DNA from: Eledone cirrhosa
Lineage: Eukaryota
Length of the DNA: 64,000 bases
Assembly (NCBI GenBank): GCA_964016885.1
Contig: OZ024740.1
Coordinates: 130,262,001 to 130,326,000, forward strand
Direction: 5' to 3'
Positions 50,686 to 64,000 of this stretch are shown one piece after another. The notes under the pieces are model-generated. The model saw nothing but the letters and a program-made list of their open reading frames with translations. It was not told the DNA's origin and searched no databases. Each line of letters starts with the position of its first letter. Within the stretch, counting starts at the first letter, position 1. A program made the position numbers and the translations under genes.

Positions 50686-51420
50686 GTATATACTTACGTT
50701 ATGCATATTATCGGCTGAGTAGCCCAATTTGCATAATTATACGGGATGGATAATTAATACGGGATGCATAATAAATACGGGATGTTTGTTTACAAACACA
50801 CCGAGCATTATAATAAATGTTCGGTGAATCCATACGTACATATATATATATATATATATGTGTGTATGTATGTATATATATACATACTACTGTACGTCTG
50901 TATACATATATGTATGTGCGTGTACATACTTATATTTAAGTAACAGCCGTACCAAGAGTGGGAAATGAAATTTCGTTTCATTTTTTCCATTTATCGTTTT
51001 CGGTGCACCCGGCCGAATAACCCACTCGATATGCAAATTGGGCTACTCAGCCGTTAATATGCATAAGGTAAGTATATACGTTCAACAATCTGGCAGTAAG
51101 GTATACGTTGCTGACGATAGCTAATAAGCTTGAAACTAGTACAGTGTTCCTTTGTCAGTGTTGAACAAACGAGCAACGATGGTTGCTAGACACTACGGCT
51201 TAATACGGGATGTTTGTTTACAAACACACCGACCATTATAATAAATGTTCGGTGACTCCATACGTACATATATATATATATGTGTGCATGTATGTATATA
51301 TATATATACATACTACTGTACGCCTGTATATATATATATGTATGTACGTGTACATACTTATATTTAAGTAACAGCCGTACTAAGAGTGGGAAATGAAATT
51401 TCGTTTAATTTGTTTCCGTT
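50686..51420 (+). mobile_element. ORF-less hammerhead element: short inverted segment plus partial tandem (period 428 bp)
   Basis: 50686-50734 is the inverse of 51030-51079. 50774-50990 is directly repeated at 51202-51420. Same family as 58072-58735. Confidence 0.75.
51107..51145 (+). ncRNA. Minimal type I hammerhead ribozyme
   Basis: GTTG-CTGACGA-tAGCT-AATA-AGCTt-GAAA-CTAG-TA-CAGT. Confidence 0.75.
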
Positions 51421-51439
51421 TATATATATATATATATAT

Positions 51440-51890
51440 AAAGGTTTGTGTCAGAAAAGGAAATGCGGATTGTATGATATTTGTATACGAACAGAACAGT
51501 TATATGACCGTGAAACCTGGGCATTGTGTGCAGAAGACCTGGGCAGATTGGAAGTAACGAAGCATGCATGCTCCGATGGATGTGTAATAGTAACATTCAC
51601 GAAAGGTAAAACGTAAACGCACTGAAAAAATAAGAATAAGAGGGATCAGATGCAGTTTACTTGAGGGGAGATTACGTTGGTATGGTTATGTGATGCGTAT
51701 GTAGGACGACAGCCGCATAAAAAAGTGCAGGACAATCAGAATTCATAGAAGCTACGGAGTAGGTACATACATAGACACCTGGAACGAGGTGATGAAAACT
51801 GACCTTGCACACTTACACCTCTCTAAGACAATGCCACTGGATCTAGATGTTTGGCGATATGCAGTAATACACAACGTACGAACGTAAACC
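51440..51890 (+). mobile_element. RTE-clade LINE 3' relic
   Basis: GLYDICIRTEQLYDRETWAL.AEDL.RLE, MLRWMC and RLRWYGYVMRM resemble the RTE ORF C-terminus. Confidence 0.65.
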
Positions 51891-52059
51891 TACAGTCAGT
51901 AGGCACAGCGTATCACAATTCCACCCCTACTCTATCTCCCTACTTCAACCCATACCCCCCCTTTCTCTGTAACCTTATGTTGGTATCACATAGCATGCAG
52001 TCCACATTGTAAAATGACCGTGTAGGTGTCACGACAAAAACCACCCAGTCCACACTGCA

Positions 52060-52230
52060 AACTGGTCGAGTAAGAGACACGATAAAAAGGCTCCCAGTCC
52101 ACACTGAAAATGTGGTTGGCGTTAGTAAGAGCATCCAGCCGTAGATAACCAGTCACATACAGTTCTATAAGAGCTAGACACGGTCATTCGACCAATCTTG
52201 TCTCAAGTGCGACGTTAAACGATGATGATC
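52060..52230 (+). mobile_element. SINE or non-autonomous RTE-related 3' fragment ending in (GAT)n
   Basis: GGTTGGCGTTAGTAAGAGCATCCAGCCGTAGA...GACGTTAAACGATGATGAT. Confidence 0.45.
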
Positions 52231-53165
52231 AGGAGGATATATATATATCATCAGTTTCTTTCTCATCAGTTTTTGTCCGAAGATTTGTTCCATCATCTTC
52301 CTGATATGCGAGGTCAGGGTGACCGATCTGTAATGTTTAGCCTCTGCTCTGCACTTCCTTTTATGGATAGGACATAGGCCTTCTTTTTGAACTCTGCGTA
52401 GTTTTCTGCTAGTGAGAACAATTTTGAAGTTGAATCTTCAGTGGTCGCTTGCATATATTTCGGTGTAATACTGAGAATCCATCAAGTCCAGATGCTATCT
52501 TTCCTCTCATTTCTTCTTTGACTGATATTACACCTTACTCCGTTATATGTATGTGGTAGATGGTTGATATTTCTCCGCGTATTGCTGTGGTAGGACAGAA
52601 TTCCCTTGGCTTTACTATTTGCAAGTGCCTTAAATAGTTCTATTATGTAAAAGCCATTTCTATATTAAACATTATAAATGTATAAATGAATGAATAAATA
52701 AATATAAATATATATAAATAAATATAAAAGAAAATCATACTGGATCTACCAACACATATAATATTATTAAATTAAATCAAAAATGTTTCAACACTACAAG
52801 TCATTCTTTTCCTTTTGTTCAAATATACCTAACTGTACCAAGTATCTCACAATTTTGCTATATTCACACAGCTTATGCTGAAAGAATAACTATGTTGCTT
52901 GTGTTTATTTCCATCTTCGGTTAGCTTCCCCCTGTGTTGTTTACTTGTCTCACTCGCTTTACACGTTTCTATTGTCCTAATAACTTATTTTAGTTATCGC
53001 TCCAACGTGAGGTATATGATTTTTAATGCGATGACATACCCATAAACGTTTGGTAAATCACTGATGAGGGACTCATTTTATAACATGTTATCCATGTGCA
53101 ACCAGCAGTATTCTTCTCACCCATATGTTCCTATATATATATATATATGTATATGTGTTTGTGTG

Positions 53166-53320
<155 letters not shown>

Positions 53321-53825
53321 TGAATGGAATAGAAAATGCTGACAAATTGTTCACAGTGAAAATAGTTTAATTAGGAATAAGTGAGAATTAGTAATAGTAT
53401 TGTTTAGTATTCAGTTTTGGTTTTAAGTTTTACCGGTTGCGCATTTGTAATGCTTTTCAAAAATAATTTTGAGATAGATGTCCGTGTTATTTGCTCTGAT
53501 CTGATTAGTTTTGGGAATTCCACCTGTTTTTATGTTAAAAAAGTGGCTCCAGCGGTATTAAAGTAAGTTTTGCGCCAATTCGTGTTGCAAAAATTGTTGT
53601 GGTCAAAACAATTTTGATTGGTCGGTAGAGGTCATGTGACTGTAAAAAATTGATTTTGCGCCAAATGTAGGTTTGTGTCGGCTGACTGAGAAATAAGTCA
53701 TTCACAACAAATATGTGTGTGTGTGTGTGTAGTAGTAGTAAAGAGGTCCGTTGTTGTGATAATGGCCAGCAGGGATGTGTGTGCGAACCGCAGCCTGTTG
53801 ACAGTTCAAATGCCTCTTAAGACAA

Positions 53826-53932
<107 letters not shown>

Positions 53933-54004
53933 AAATCAAGGTCTAGCAAATAGAGAAAGAGTTTTAATAGAAATTTCAGAAAATTCACTCTACTTGCTAT
54001 ATGT

Positions 54005-54085
54005 ACTTTTACCGCGGTTTCCGATCCCAAAATAAATAGATAATCCAAGCGGATTCTATTCAGAAAGAGATCATCGTCAGAAGGC
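54005..54085 (-). ncRNA. Type I hammerhead ribozyme (left arm)
   Basis: GCCTT-CTGACGA-TGATCTC...GGGATCG-GAAA-CCGCGG-TA-AAAGT. Confidence 0.65.
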
Positions 54086-54355
54086 TTTTCTCACTCGGAG
54101 AATATAAAATTCTCGAGTTCAAATCACAGGCTGACGCCACACAAAACTGTTCCCGAAAGAGAGTGAATGAGAGAAGAAATTATTCCGTCTGGTACCGTCT
54201 GGTACAAAGGCTAGGTGGACAGGTCAATGTACTGCTACAAAAAAAAGCAGCCGTTCAAACGACCAACAGTTTTCTCTACCGTAGGGGAGAACAGTTTTGT
54301 TTGGTGCCAGTCTGTGATTTGAACTCGAGAATTTTATATTCTCAGGGTGAGAAAA

Positions 54356-54437
54356 GCCTTCTGACGATGTTCTCTTTCTCAATGAATTTCCGGTTGTATT
54401 ATCTATGTATTTGGGGATCGGAAATCGCGGTAAAGGC
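54356..54437 (+). ncRNA. Type I hammerhead ribozyme (right arm)
   Basis: GCCTT-CTGACGA-TGTTCTC...GGGATCG-GAAA-TCGCGG-TA-AAGGC. Perfect 5-bp stem I. Confidence 0.75.
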
Positions 54438-54714
54438 GCATATAGTACGTACTGTGAATTTTTTGAAATTTATTTTAAAACTTTTTCTATATATGCTAGA
54501 CCTTGATTTTATATGTTCTGGCTTGTTAAATTATTAACTTGCCATTGAACCACATTGGTATACGGTTGGAAAATATGTGTACCCCTATGTATTATGTACA
54601 TGTAGGAATACATCCTTTTATTATATATATATATATAAAACAAAGAGGGTGTGGTAAGATACCAAGTGGACCATAACGCACTAGAGTGCTTGATACTTAG
54701 ATTAGTAGAGTGGG

Positions 54715-54875
54715 TAATAGGAAAATAGTCAGAACCCCGACGGCTGAGATCATGCCGTTTCGACAGCTAGATCTAAACTAAACCAGTAGTATTAGCCAAA
54801 CTACTGTTTTAGTTCAGATCTAGCTCTCGAAACGGCCGGCGTTCAGCTGTCGGGTTCCTGACTCCTTTCCTATTA
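54715..54875. repeat. Foldback with ~75-bp arms, related to the ends of 8684-9859
   Basis: GCCGTTTCGACAGCTAGATCTAAACTAAA / TTTAGTTCAGATCTAGCTCTCGAAACGGC. Shares GCCGTTTCGAC.GCTA with 8718-8733. Confidence 0.7.
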
Positions 54876-54902
54876 TATATATAAATATATATATATATAA
54901 AT

Positions 54903-55126
<224 letters not shown>

Positions 55127-55307
55127 TATTTTCCGTTGTGTTGTAATATGAATATTACAGTAATGAACTGACAGTAAATAATAACATTGAAATATTGAAT
55201 GTCTGCATAACTAAAAGTTTGTAGATAGCAGCTGTTTTAGGTTATGTAACTGTTATAGAAACACGTGTCAATAAATTCCTTTCAACTAAACTGTATCCAT
55301 TCAAATC

Positions 55308-55361
<54 letters not shown>

Positions 55362-55551
55362 AAATAAAGTTAAATAAATTTAGCTTAAATAAATGTTAAA
55401 TAAATTTAGCATATGAATTCAAACAAACGTTTGTTTGAATTCATATGACTCCAGTTTTTCAGTGAATTAACAACCCAACAAGGAACTGGGCATATTGACA
55501 CTATTATACACCTAAACAACATATGTACTTGTCTATACCATACTAATTCAA

Positions 55552-55606
55552 ACTGCCTGAAGAGGTCACAGCCAAAGATGGCTGTCACTGAAATATATAT
55601 AGCAGT
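55552..55606 (+). ncRNA. Type I hammerhead ribozyme
   Basis: ACTGC-CTGAAGA-GGTcACAGCCA-AAGA-TGGCTGTcACT-GAAA-TATATA-TA-GCAGT. Confidence 0.8.
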
Positions 55607-55847
55607 AATAAACGAAGCTAAATTTTAATCATTTGACTTTTATTTAACTTTATTTTACACTATTCCGGAGTAACCAAACCAACCTGCGCACTTCGTCGAG
55701 TGCTCCAGCTGCATACTGAGGTTTTGGTATACAACCAACATAAACTCAAAATATATATATATATATATATAAATAAAGATAGAGAGAGACGAACACACAC
55801 ACACACACATACACACACACACACACACATATATACACACACACACA

Positions 55848-55910
<63 letters not shown>

Positions 55911-56589
55911 TGTTGTAAATTGCATAGTAGATGTATACCTACGGAATGATGGTAATCACATTCCAAGAATCTTTAAGGTAAAAAGCAAAGAAAAAACGGA
56001 AAAGAAAAAGGTGTATCTATGTTTTTGACCCAGAGACGATCGAAGCAGCATGATGTTAGTATACCCCGTCTTCTCTGAGTGAATAATTTTCAACATATCC
56101 TTGTTGTAAGTTTGCTTAGCGGGTAGGGTATGTATTGCTTATTAAGCGATTCGTTACAACCTCTCAATTGTATCATCCTGCAAAAGGGGTAGGTTGAAAG
56201 ACTATCGTGATACAGAGAATGGTAATCTGCCTGGGTCAATCTAGGGTCTATACATCCACGGTAAGTATACAACAGACGATAATTCACCCAGAGACGGCAG
56301 GACATAATAACAGCATGTGTTTTCAACAAAATAAACTGCGTCAAAAAAATAAACGTACTTTTATCTTTTTTTGTCTTTGCTTTTTACCTTAAAGCCTCTT
56401 GGAAAGTGTTTACTATCATTACTTTGATATACATCTATTATACAATTTACCCCTGAAGATGTTTCCGGGTTCTTACGCAACCTCACCACTGAGATGTGCA
56501 TAGTGTCAGCAGAAATATATACTTAAGGAAATTCAACATATTTGGGATGGTGTCATTTTATTTTATAATATGTGTATATATATATATAC

Positions 56590-56859
56590 AGGAAGCTCCC
56601 ACCGTTAAGGTTGTCTTTTTTCAGGGTATGTCAATATTTATTTATGAAACTAATTCTGTATTGTATTTTATCTGATGAGAGCGCACCCAAATTTGCCTTT
56701 GTGTCCCTTGAAATATGTATAATAAAATAAATATGGTTTTATAAATATAGTTTACATTTGTTAATATATTGTATATTTACTCCACTAAATTGTTAAGTGC
56801 TTTATATCAGTTATAACATGTTTAAGCTTGTTGAATCCCAACAAATTAAATATAACCTC

Positions 56860-56862
<3 letters not shown>
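56590..56862 (+). mobile_element. Solo, diverged pLTR fragment related to the 10820-15162 PLE
   Basis: GGTATGTCAA, AAATAAATATGGTTTTATAAAT and GTGCTTT(T)ATATCAGTTATAA are shared with 11124-11312. Confidence 0.8.
56664..56729 (+). ncRNA. Type I hammerhead ribozyme
   Basis: TATTTTAT-CTGATGA-GAG.GCAC...GTGT.CCTT-GAAA-TATGTA-TA-ATAAAATA. Stem I is fully Watson-Crick where the 11162 copy has two G-U pairs. Confidence 0.7.
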
Positions 56863-56933
<71 letters not shown>

Positions 56934-56954
56934 GGTGTGTGTATGTGTGTGTGT

Positions 56955-57025
<71 letters not shown>

Positions 57026-58014
57026 CGCGCGCGGCGGACTGGGTCTAAATATATTGGTTGCCAGGAGATGAAGGGGGCCCACCTACATATAGAATGCTAT
57101 CATTTAACTTTTATAATGAATAAATAACATTTTCAAAAAATACATAAGTGAAAAAAAATAGTGCAATCAAATGTTTGCGAAATAAATCTTACATTCTCCA
57201 ACAATAAATATTATGTATTATGCGAAATCCTGAGACTTTAATTAATGACCAGATGTCGACCCTAAATATTACTAATAGCTGTGAGAAAACCAGGAGCGAC
57301 ACCACATCCTTTTAACTTTGATTTTGAAATAGGTTAATAATTATCAATTTTCTTTATATTTTATATCTCTCTCGGTGTTCTAGTTGGAGTAATTATATAC
57401 CGTGGTGATCTGGGCGTGGAGTTCGGTCCTGTTCGGGAGTAGGGGTTCTTGGTAGACCTTTTCATTTTTTTTCTATAGGTTGTAAAATAAAAACTGAAAA
57501 ATGTTACATGTCCCTCTTGACCAGGATTGAATCCAAGATCTCCACCGTCTCTAGTACCAATAGCTAGGCCACAGAGACTACTACGAAGATCTGATGAAAA
57601 ATTCATACTTATAAGCCAACTTTCAAAATGTTCAAAACAAAATGTTCTGTTGTCGTAAATGTCTTTCTTATTGTTATTGCTCCTACTTAAGGTCGACTTG
57701 TAACTCTTTTCGGTGTTCCATAATCTACATTATATATATATATATAATTCCATTCTTCGTAAGTATATATCTTTATATAAAGTGGCGGACTATGTCTAAA
57801 CATATTGATTGCCAGATAAAGCGGGACCACCTACATATAGAATGCTATCATTTAATACTTATAATAAATAAATAACATTTTCAAAAGTAAATAAGTGGAA
57901 AAAAACCAGTGCAAACAAATTTTTCCGAAAACATCTTAGTTTCTTCAATAAAAATATGTATTTTGCGAAACCAGAAACTTTCAATAATGACCTTTGGTCT
58001 TTCACACTCACTCA

Positions 58015-58059
<45 letters not shown>

Positions 58060-58071
58060 TACATCTTTATA

Positions 58072-58859
<788 letters not shown>

Positions 58860-60118
58860 TATGGTTGTGTGTCTGTGGCTATATATGTATGTGTGCATGC
58901 ATGAATGAATACGCTAAGCTTTCGATTTAGTATAACGTACAACCACTGATTTCAGGTATTTTTGAAAGCAAAGCATTCGCCCATATAATACAACAGTGGG
59001 CTTTGCAATGCTACTGTGGGTTATTGCAACGCAACTCTGGGCCCCTTGGGGCCTATTTGCCATTGGGCAACCTAGCAACATAGCCAGTCCGCCACTCTGT
59101 ATGTATATATAAGTACAGCGGCATGTGTAGTCGCTTCAGTTTATAGGTCACAAAAAACCTCTCTAAAACAATTTATTTGTATAAAACGCAGTTCCAAATG
59201 ATTCTGAAGTGAAATCAAACATCTATTAATGTTTGTATAGCTTAACCTTAAAAGAGTGCTTGTAGTGTCTGATTCTTCCCTTATATTTATCGTAATTTAA
59301 AACCGTATAATTCTAAAATAATTTTCCTTTTGCGTATATTGAAATATCTACCCAACGAATATGTCATTATTTTATCATTATTATTTTTTAAATAATATAC
59401 GAATCAACCTGGAGAGATATTTCTAACTAGTTTGTACACATTATTTATTGTATTTTGTAGATTTTCTAGAAAAGTGTTTTTTTTTTCCCGTTCGTTTGTT
59501 GAAATTTCTATTTCACCGACACCGTAAATGCATTCTTATTTTACTTAAAATCCGAACCAATGAGGCAAACAAATTTTGCTAACTACATTTTTAGGTATTT
59601 ATATATTTAATAGCAATTTGTTTATTTAAAATTGGCCAGCATAATTTTCCTTATTTACTTGTTTATTTATGTGTCTAATTTCCGAATAATAGTATTTAAA
59701 TATTTTTTTTGAGAGCTAAAGCACTAAAATGTTAAAACCTATTATTTTCCCTTCTCTTATATATGTATATCTATTTATTGTCATTTAGATGTATGTACCA
59801 AATGTATTTAAAGAAAAGAAAACATATTTTATATTTAAAATTCCTGGTTATATATATATATGAGTAGGTGTATTACGATTTGTATCGGAAGGTGACCGCA
59901 GTTAAAAAAGTTACTTAAGTTAGTGGGTAGAGGTATATTTATTCTATTACAGAAATGAATGTTTGCTAAGAAATCATCGAGACAGTCAGAATAATTTGTT
60001 AAGTACTGCATTTATATGTTTTCTTGGAATGGGTTTTCGGTGGAGTGATTAAAGTTATGAAGGAGTTGATAGTGAGAGTAGGAATAGATAGGAAGAAGGA
60101 AATCGTTTAGTAGGGGAA

Positions 60119-60256
60119 AGAAGAAGAAGAAGAAGAAGAAGAAGAAGAAGAAGAAGAAGAAGAAGAAGAAGAAGAAGAAGAAGAAGAAGAAGAAGAAGAA
60201 GAAGAAGAAGAAGAAGAAGAAGAAGAAGAAGAAGAAGAAGAAGAAGAAGAAGAAGA
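60119..60256. repeat. (GAA)n microsatellite
   Basis: Directly visible. Confidence 0.97.
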
Positions 60257-60257
60257 A

Positions 60258-60674
60258 TGCTAATTAATATGTATGTTCCAATAGACAAGAATGTATCTAT
60301 AAAAACATTTGAAAAATTGAGCAAGTATAAGGACCTGGAGATAGAAATTGGGAACTAAAACAATACCAGTGGTTGTAGGCGCTCTGGGAATGATACCTAA
60401 GGGGTCTAATGATTACTTATCGCAAATCCCAGGAAACCCGCGTATAGGAGAAATACAAAAGATAGTCATAATGGGAACTGCCCATATACTAAGGAAGATT
60501 CTGTCAATATAAGTACATCACAAGTCTAAACACTAAAGATGCATGTGTGAGTATGTATGTTCTTTCTTGAACATGGCGGACCTTGTTGTCTCTTGAGGTC
60601 ACTGGTTGTGACTTGGTGATAACTCGTATGAACATAAAGCAAGATAAATGCAACTGTAATAATAATAATAATAA
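60258..60674 (+). mobile_element. Short 3' fragment of R4/Dong-like family 1 with (TAA)n tail
   Basis: Near-identical to 62075-62510. Confidence 0.88.
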
Positions 60675-60689
60675 GAAGAAGAAGAAGAT

Positions 60690-60856
60690 TCGCCCTGGCT
60701 GTGGCTTCTTCTTGCATTGCCGCAACTCTGCTGCCCGGAGGTAGGACAGCTCATTCCGCATTTAAACTGCCATTCAACACGACTTCAGACGACACAATAA
60801 CCTGCAACATCACATAGGACTTTGACAAAGTCGAAGTCTTGAAAAGATGCCACCTA
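60690..60856 (+). mobile_element. Helitron RepHel PIF1-helicase fragment
   Basis: Translates ALAVASSCIAATLLPGGRTAHSAFKLPF..TCNI..LKRCHL, the typical Helitron PIF1 segment (AVASSGIAATLL.GGRTAHS.FKLP). Confidence 0.75.
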
Positions 60857-62490
60857 ACTGTGAAGCAGTTCAGTGATGACATTAAAATGGAGTTTGGACT
60901 AGATAAATGCGCCAAAGCAACGTTCACCAGAGGAAAGCTGCTGAAGAGTTCAGACATTAGTCTTGATCGGGGGAACGTGATAAGAGAACTTGATCAAGAA
61001 AAAATTTACAAATATCTAGGTATTTGTGAAGGAGACGGAATCAAGCACTCGACAATGAGGGAAAGGATAAGGAAGGAATGTTACCGCCGAGTAAGAGCAA
61101 TCTTAAGAACGGAATTGAATGCAAGGAATAGGATCGATGCCATAAATACGCTTGACATACCAGTAGTAACCTACAGTTACAATGTCATCAACTGGTCAAG
61201 CACAGAGATCCGTAGGCTCGATACAAAAATTCGAAAATTCTTAACCATGCACAGAATGCATCACCCTAAGGCAGATATAGATAGAATATATCTCCCTAGG
61301 AAAGAAGGAGGACGTGGGTTAATCCAGTTAGATATTGCGTTGAAAACTGCAACAATTGGATTATCTACATATCTAAGGGAATCACATGATTGGATGATCA
61401 AACTCGTTTTGAAACACGAAAGCATCAAAAGATCATATTCCATTACAAAAGATGCACAAATATACAGTAATGGACTACACATTTCAGAAGTCCCATTTAC
61501 TGCTGAAATGGAAAACACAGAAAAAGCAAAGCAGGTAAAAGTAACTGCAAAGAAAGAACTGCTACAGAAACTGGCTAAGAAATGGCAAGAAAAGCCTCTG
61601 TATGGAAAATGCCCAGAGCGAGCTAACAATCCTGATGTTGACAAAACTTTAACCCATCAGTGGTTGGCATCCTCTGGACTGAAATCGGAGACTGAAGGAC
61701 TGATTATATCGGCACAAGATCAGTGTCTGCCAACAAAAAATTACCAAGCCAACATAATAAAAAATGGGTGCAGCCCATTATGCCGTGTATGCAAAAAACA
61801 ACCAGAGACCATTGACAATATAATTTCAATGTGCAGTCCTATAGCTCCAACCGAATACCTAAACAGGCATGACAGAGCTGCACAATACATACATTGGATA
61901 ATGTGTAAGCATTTTGACCTGCCCCATCAAAAGAATTAGTGGGAGCATCAACCACCTCCCATACTTGAAAAAGATCACATCTCAATCTTGTGGAACTTTA
62001 GCAACCAAACAGACCGAAAAATAGATGCAAATAGACCTGATATAATATTGAAGGACTTTCAAAAGAGGGTATGCCTGCTAATTGATATGTCTGTTCCAAT
62101 AGACAAGAATGTATCTATAAAAACATTTGAAAAATTGAGCAAGTATAAGGACCTGGAGATAGAAATTGGAAACATGTGGACATTGAGAACTAAAACAATA
62201 CCAGTGGTTGTAGGCGCTCTGGGAATGATACCTAAGGGGTCTAACGACTACTTATCGCAAATCCAGGGAAACCCGCGTATAGGAGAAATACAAAAGATAG
62301 TACTAATGGGAACTGCCCATATACTAAGGAAGATTCTGTCAATATAAGTACATCACAAGTCTAAACACTAAAGATGCATGTGTGAATATGTATGTTCTTT
62401 CTTGAACATGGCGGACCTTGTTGTCTCTTGAGGTCACTGGTTGTGAATTGGTGATAACTCGTATGAACATAAAGCAAGATAAATGCAACT

Positions 62491-62575
<85 letters not shown>
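60857..62575 (+). mobile_element. 5'-truncated R4/Dong-like RLE LINE (family 1) with long (TAA)n tail
   Basis: ORFs 60839-61939 and 61988-62347 are in one frame with a single TAG. Motifs: MEFGLDKCA, YKYLG, RKEGGRGL, CRVC..ETIDNIISMC, RHD, NRPDI..LLID, KYKDL. Confidence 0.9.
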
Positions 62576-62589
62576 GAATAATGTGTAGG

Positions 62590-63170
62590 AGAAAAGACGC
62601 TTGATCGTTTCTGTCAAATGGGCTCTCTGAAATGAAACATCAATAACAAGTGGTGTGCCCTAGGAAACTGTCTTTAGACTAATGCGATTTATGGTGGCTC
62701 TCTCAAACATGCCCTTTGCAGAACAATCAGCCTATATCTCTCTATCTACCCAGGCTTATGTCACGAACGTAGTAGCATAAGCATTCAAGAAACCCATTGA
62801 TGCTACACTATTACAATATTGGTACCCTTACACTAATCGGTTAAACAAAACAATATGCAATTTAATGCTGAACACTTTCAAGTTCACCACTATCAAACCG
62901 CAAACGCAAGGGCACTACAAAAAAGCTACGCAAGACCAAGAGGTGGTGAAACCAAAAGAGTATTGACATGAGCAACAATACATCGTTTCATGCTCATATC
63001 ATCAAAATCGTGGCAACATGCAAACGACAGAATGGTACAATTCTCAAGAATTTCAGTAGATTTGAGCGAGTTAAAATGTCAGTCGTCTAGAGGACTATTA
63101 CTCTTATAAGTGGTCACCCGACAGTGTGAAACTAACAGCAGAACTCCAAGAAATCCAACGAGGTTACAAT
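62590..63170 (+). mobile_element. Very degenerate LINE RT relic (CR1/L2-like)
   Basis: ITSGVP*ETV resembles SGVPQGTVLG, and NNMQFNAEHFQ follows downstream. Confidence 0.4.
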
Positions 63171-63550
63171 GATTATCTTTTCTCTTTTGCGCCACCTCTT
63201 CCTTCAGTCTTAATCTTCAACTCGATTTTTTTCCTTTCCTTTTATTTGGTACATTTTTCCTGATTCCAATCAGCACGCGCGCCAGTGTCTGCACCTGAAC
63301 CTGTGTGTGAATCCTTGTGTTATTCATGCTTATTTTATACGTGAATATGTGTGTGGTGGCGTTTTTATATTTGACCCATGATGTCCCTCTCCCCATTCTA
63401 TCGTCATTTTTTAGTTGCGGCATGTTACTATTCAAGCAGTGTTTTGTGTTCAAGCTACGTCAACATTTTAGTATCCCTGTGGCCTCCGTAATATGAGTTG
63501 TCCGTATGCGTCTCTCTCTCTATTTCTCTCTCTCTTTCTCTCCCTCCCCC

Positions 63551-63583
<33 letters not shown>

Positions 63584-63585
63584 AC

Positions 63586-63623
<38 letters not shown>

Positions 63624-64000
63624 CAGAGGTATCCACAGTAAGTTGTGGGTTCTATTCTGCATGAAGAACTCGATGTAATCCTTATGTTGAAAATATTGTA
63701 GGTTAAGATAAATCCCAGAAAACAATAAAACATTAAAAAGAAAACAGAATCATGATATAAGTTAAAACATTGAAATAAAAAAATCAAGTCATTAGAGATA
63801 TACTTCACTGCTTTACAATCGTTTCTACCAGATGATAATGCATTGTAGCTATACTACGTTATTGATCTATGTAAGGTTAGTTACAAAATATCAGATAAAA
63901 AGAATATTTACTTACATGCATATCACCAGCTGTTTTCAAAAGCAATAATAATTTTATTCAGAATTAGTAGAATGTTAGTACCATGTCCTTATGTGTAGGT

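Noticed and set aside
53062-53131. Hammerhead starting CTGATGA-GGGA..TTCCT
   Set aside because: The GAAA and stem III half is missing, cut off by (TA)n.
56445-56533. Hammerhead CTGAAGA-TGTT..AGCA-GAAA-TATATAC
   Set aside because: Stem I and stem III pair poorly. It may be a decayed copy but is not callable.
60055-60324. Poly-Leu ORF, and the poly-Val/Thr/Asn/Ile/Glu ORFs elsewhere
   Set aside because: Artefacts of (GAA)n, (GTA)n, (AAT)n and (TTC)n repeats.

Overview
AT-rich eukaryotic (animal) intergenic or intronic DNA with no recognisable host gene. The (TA)n density and SINE types look cephalopod/octopus-like, which is an inference. It is almost entirely transposable-element derived, in two kinds of territory. 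(1) About 0-15.4 kb and 50-59 kb: (TA)n tracts hosting Penelope-like elements (PLEs). These include one near-intact copy with 541-bp direct terminal repeats and many ORF-less foldback or tandem mini-elements. Together they carry more than 10 minimal type I hammerhead ribozymes, with palindromic stem III sequences that differ between families. (2) About 17-49 kb and 60-62.6 kb: (TAA)n-associated retroelements. At least 7 head-to-tail, minus-strand L1/Tx1-clade LINEs are interleaved with plus-strand R4/Dong-like RLE LINEs and tRNA-derived SINEs, and a Chapaev-type DNA transposon is nested in one LINE. Main observations: a covarying 3' stem-loop with a CUUGU loop shared by the Tx1 LINEs and the SINE (a candidate LINE-SINE pair targeting TAA repeats), and the set of palindrome-keyed hammerheads in retrozyme-like units. 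All alignments and folds were done by eye, so boundaries are approximate and nothing was database-checked.
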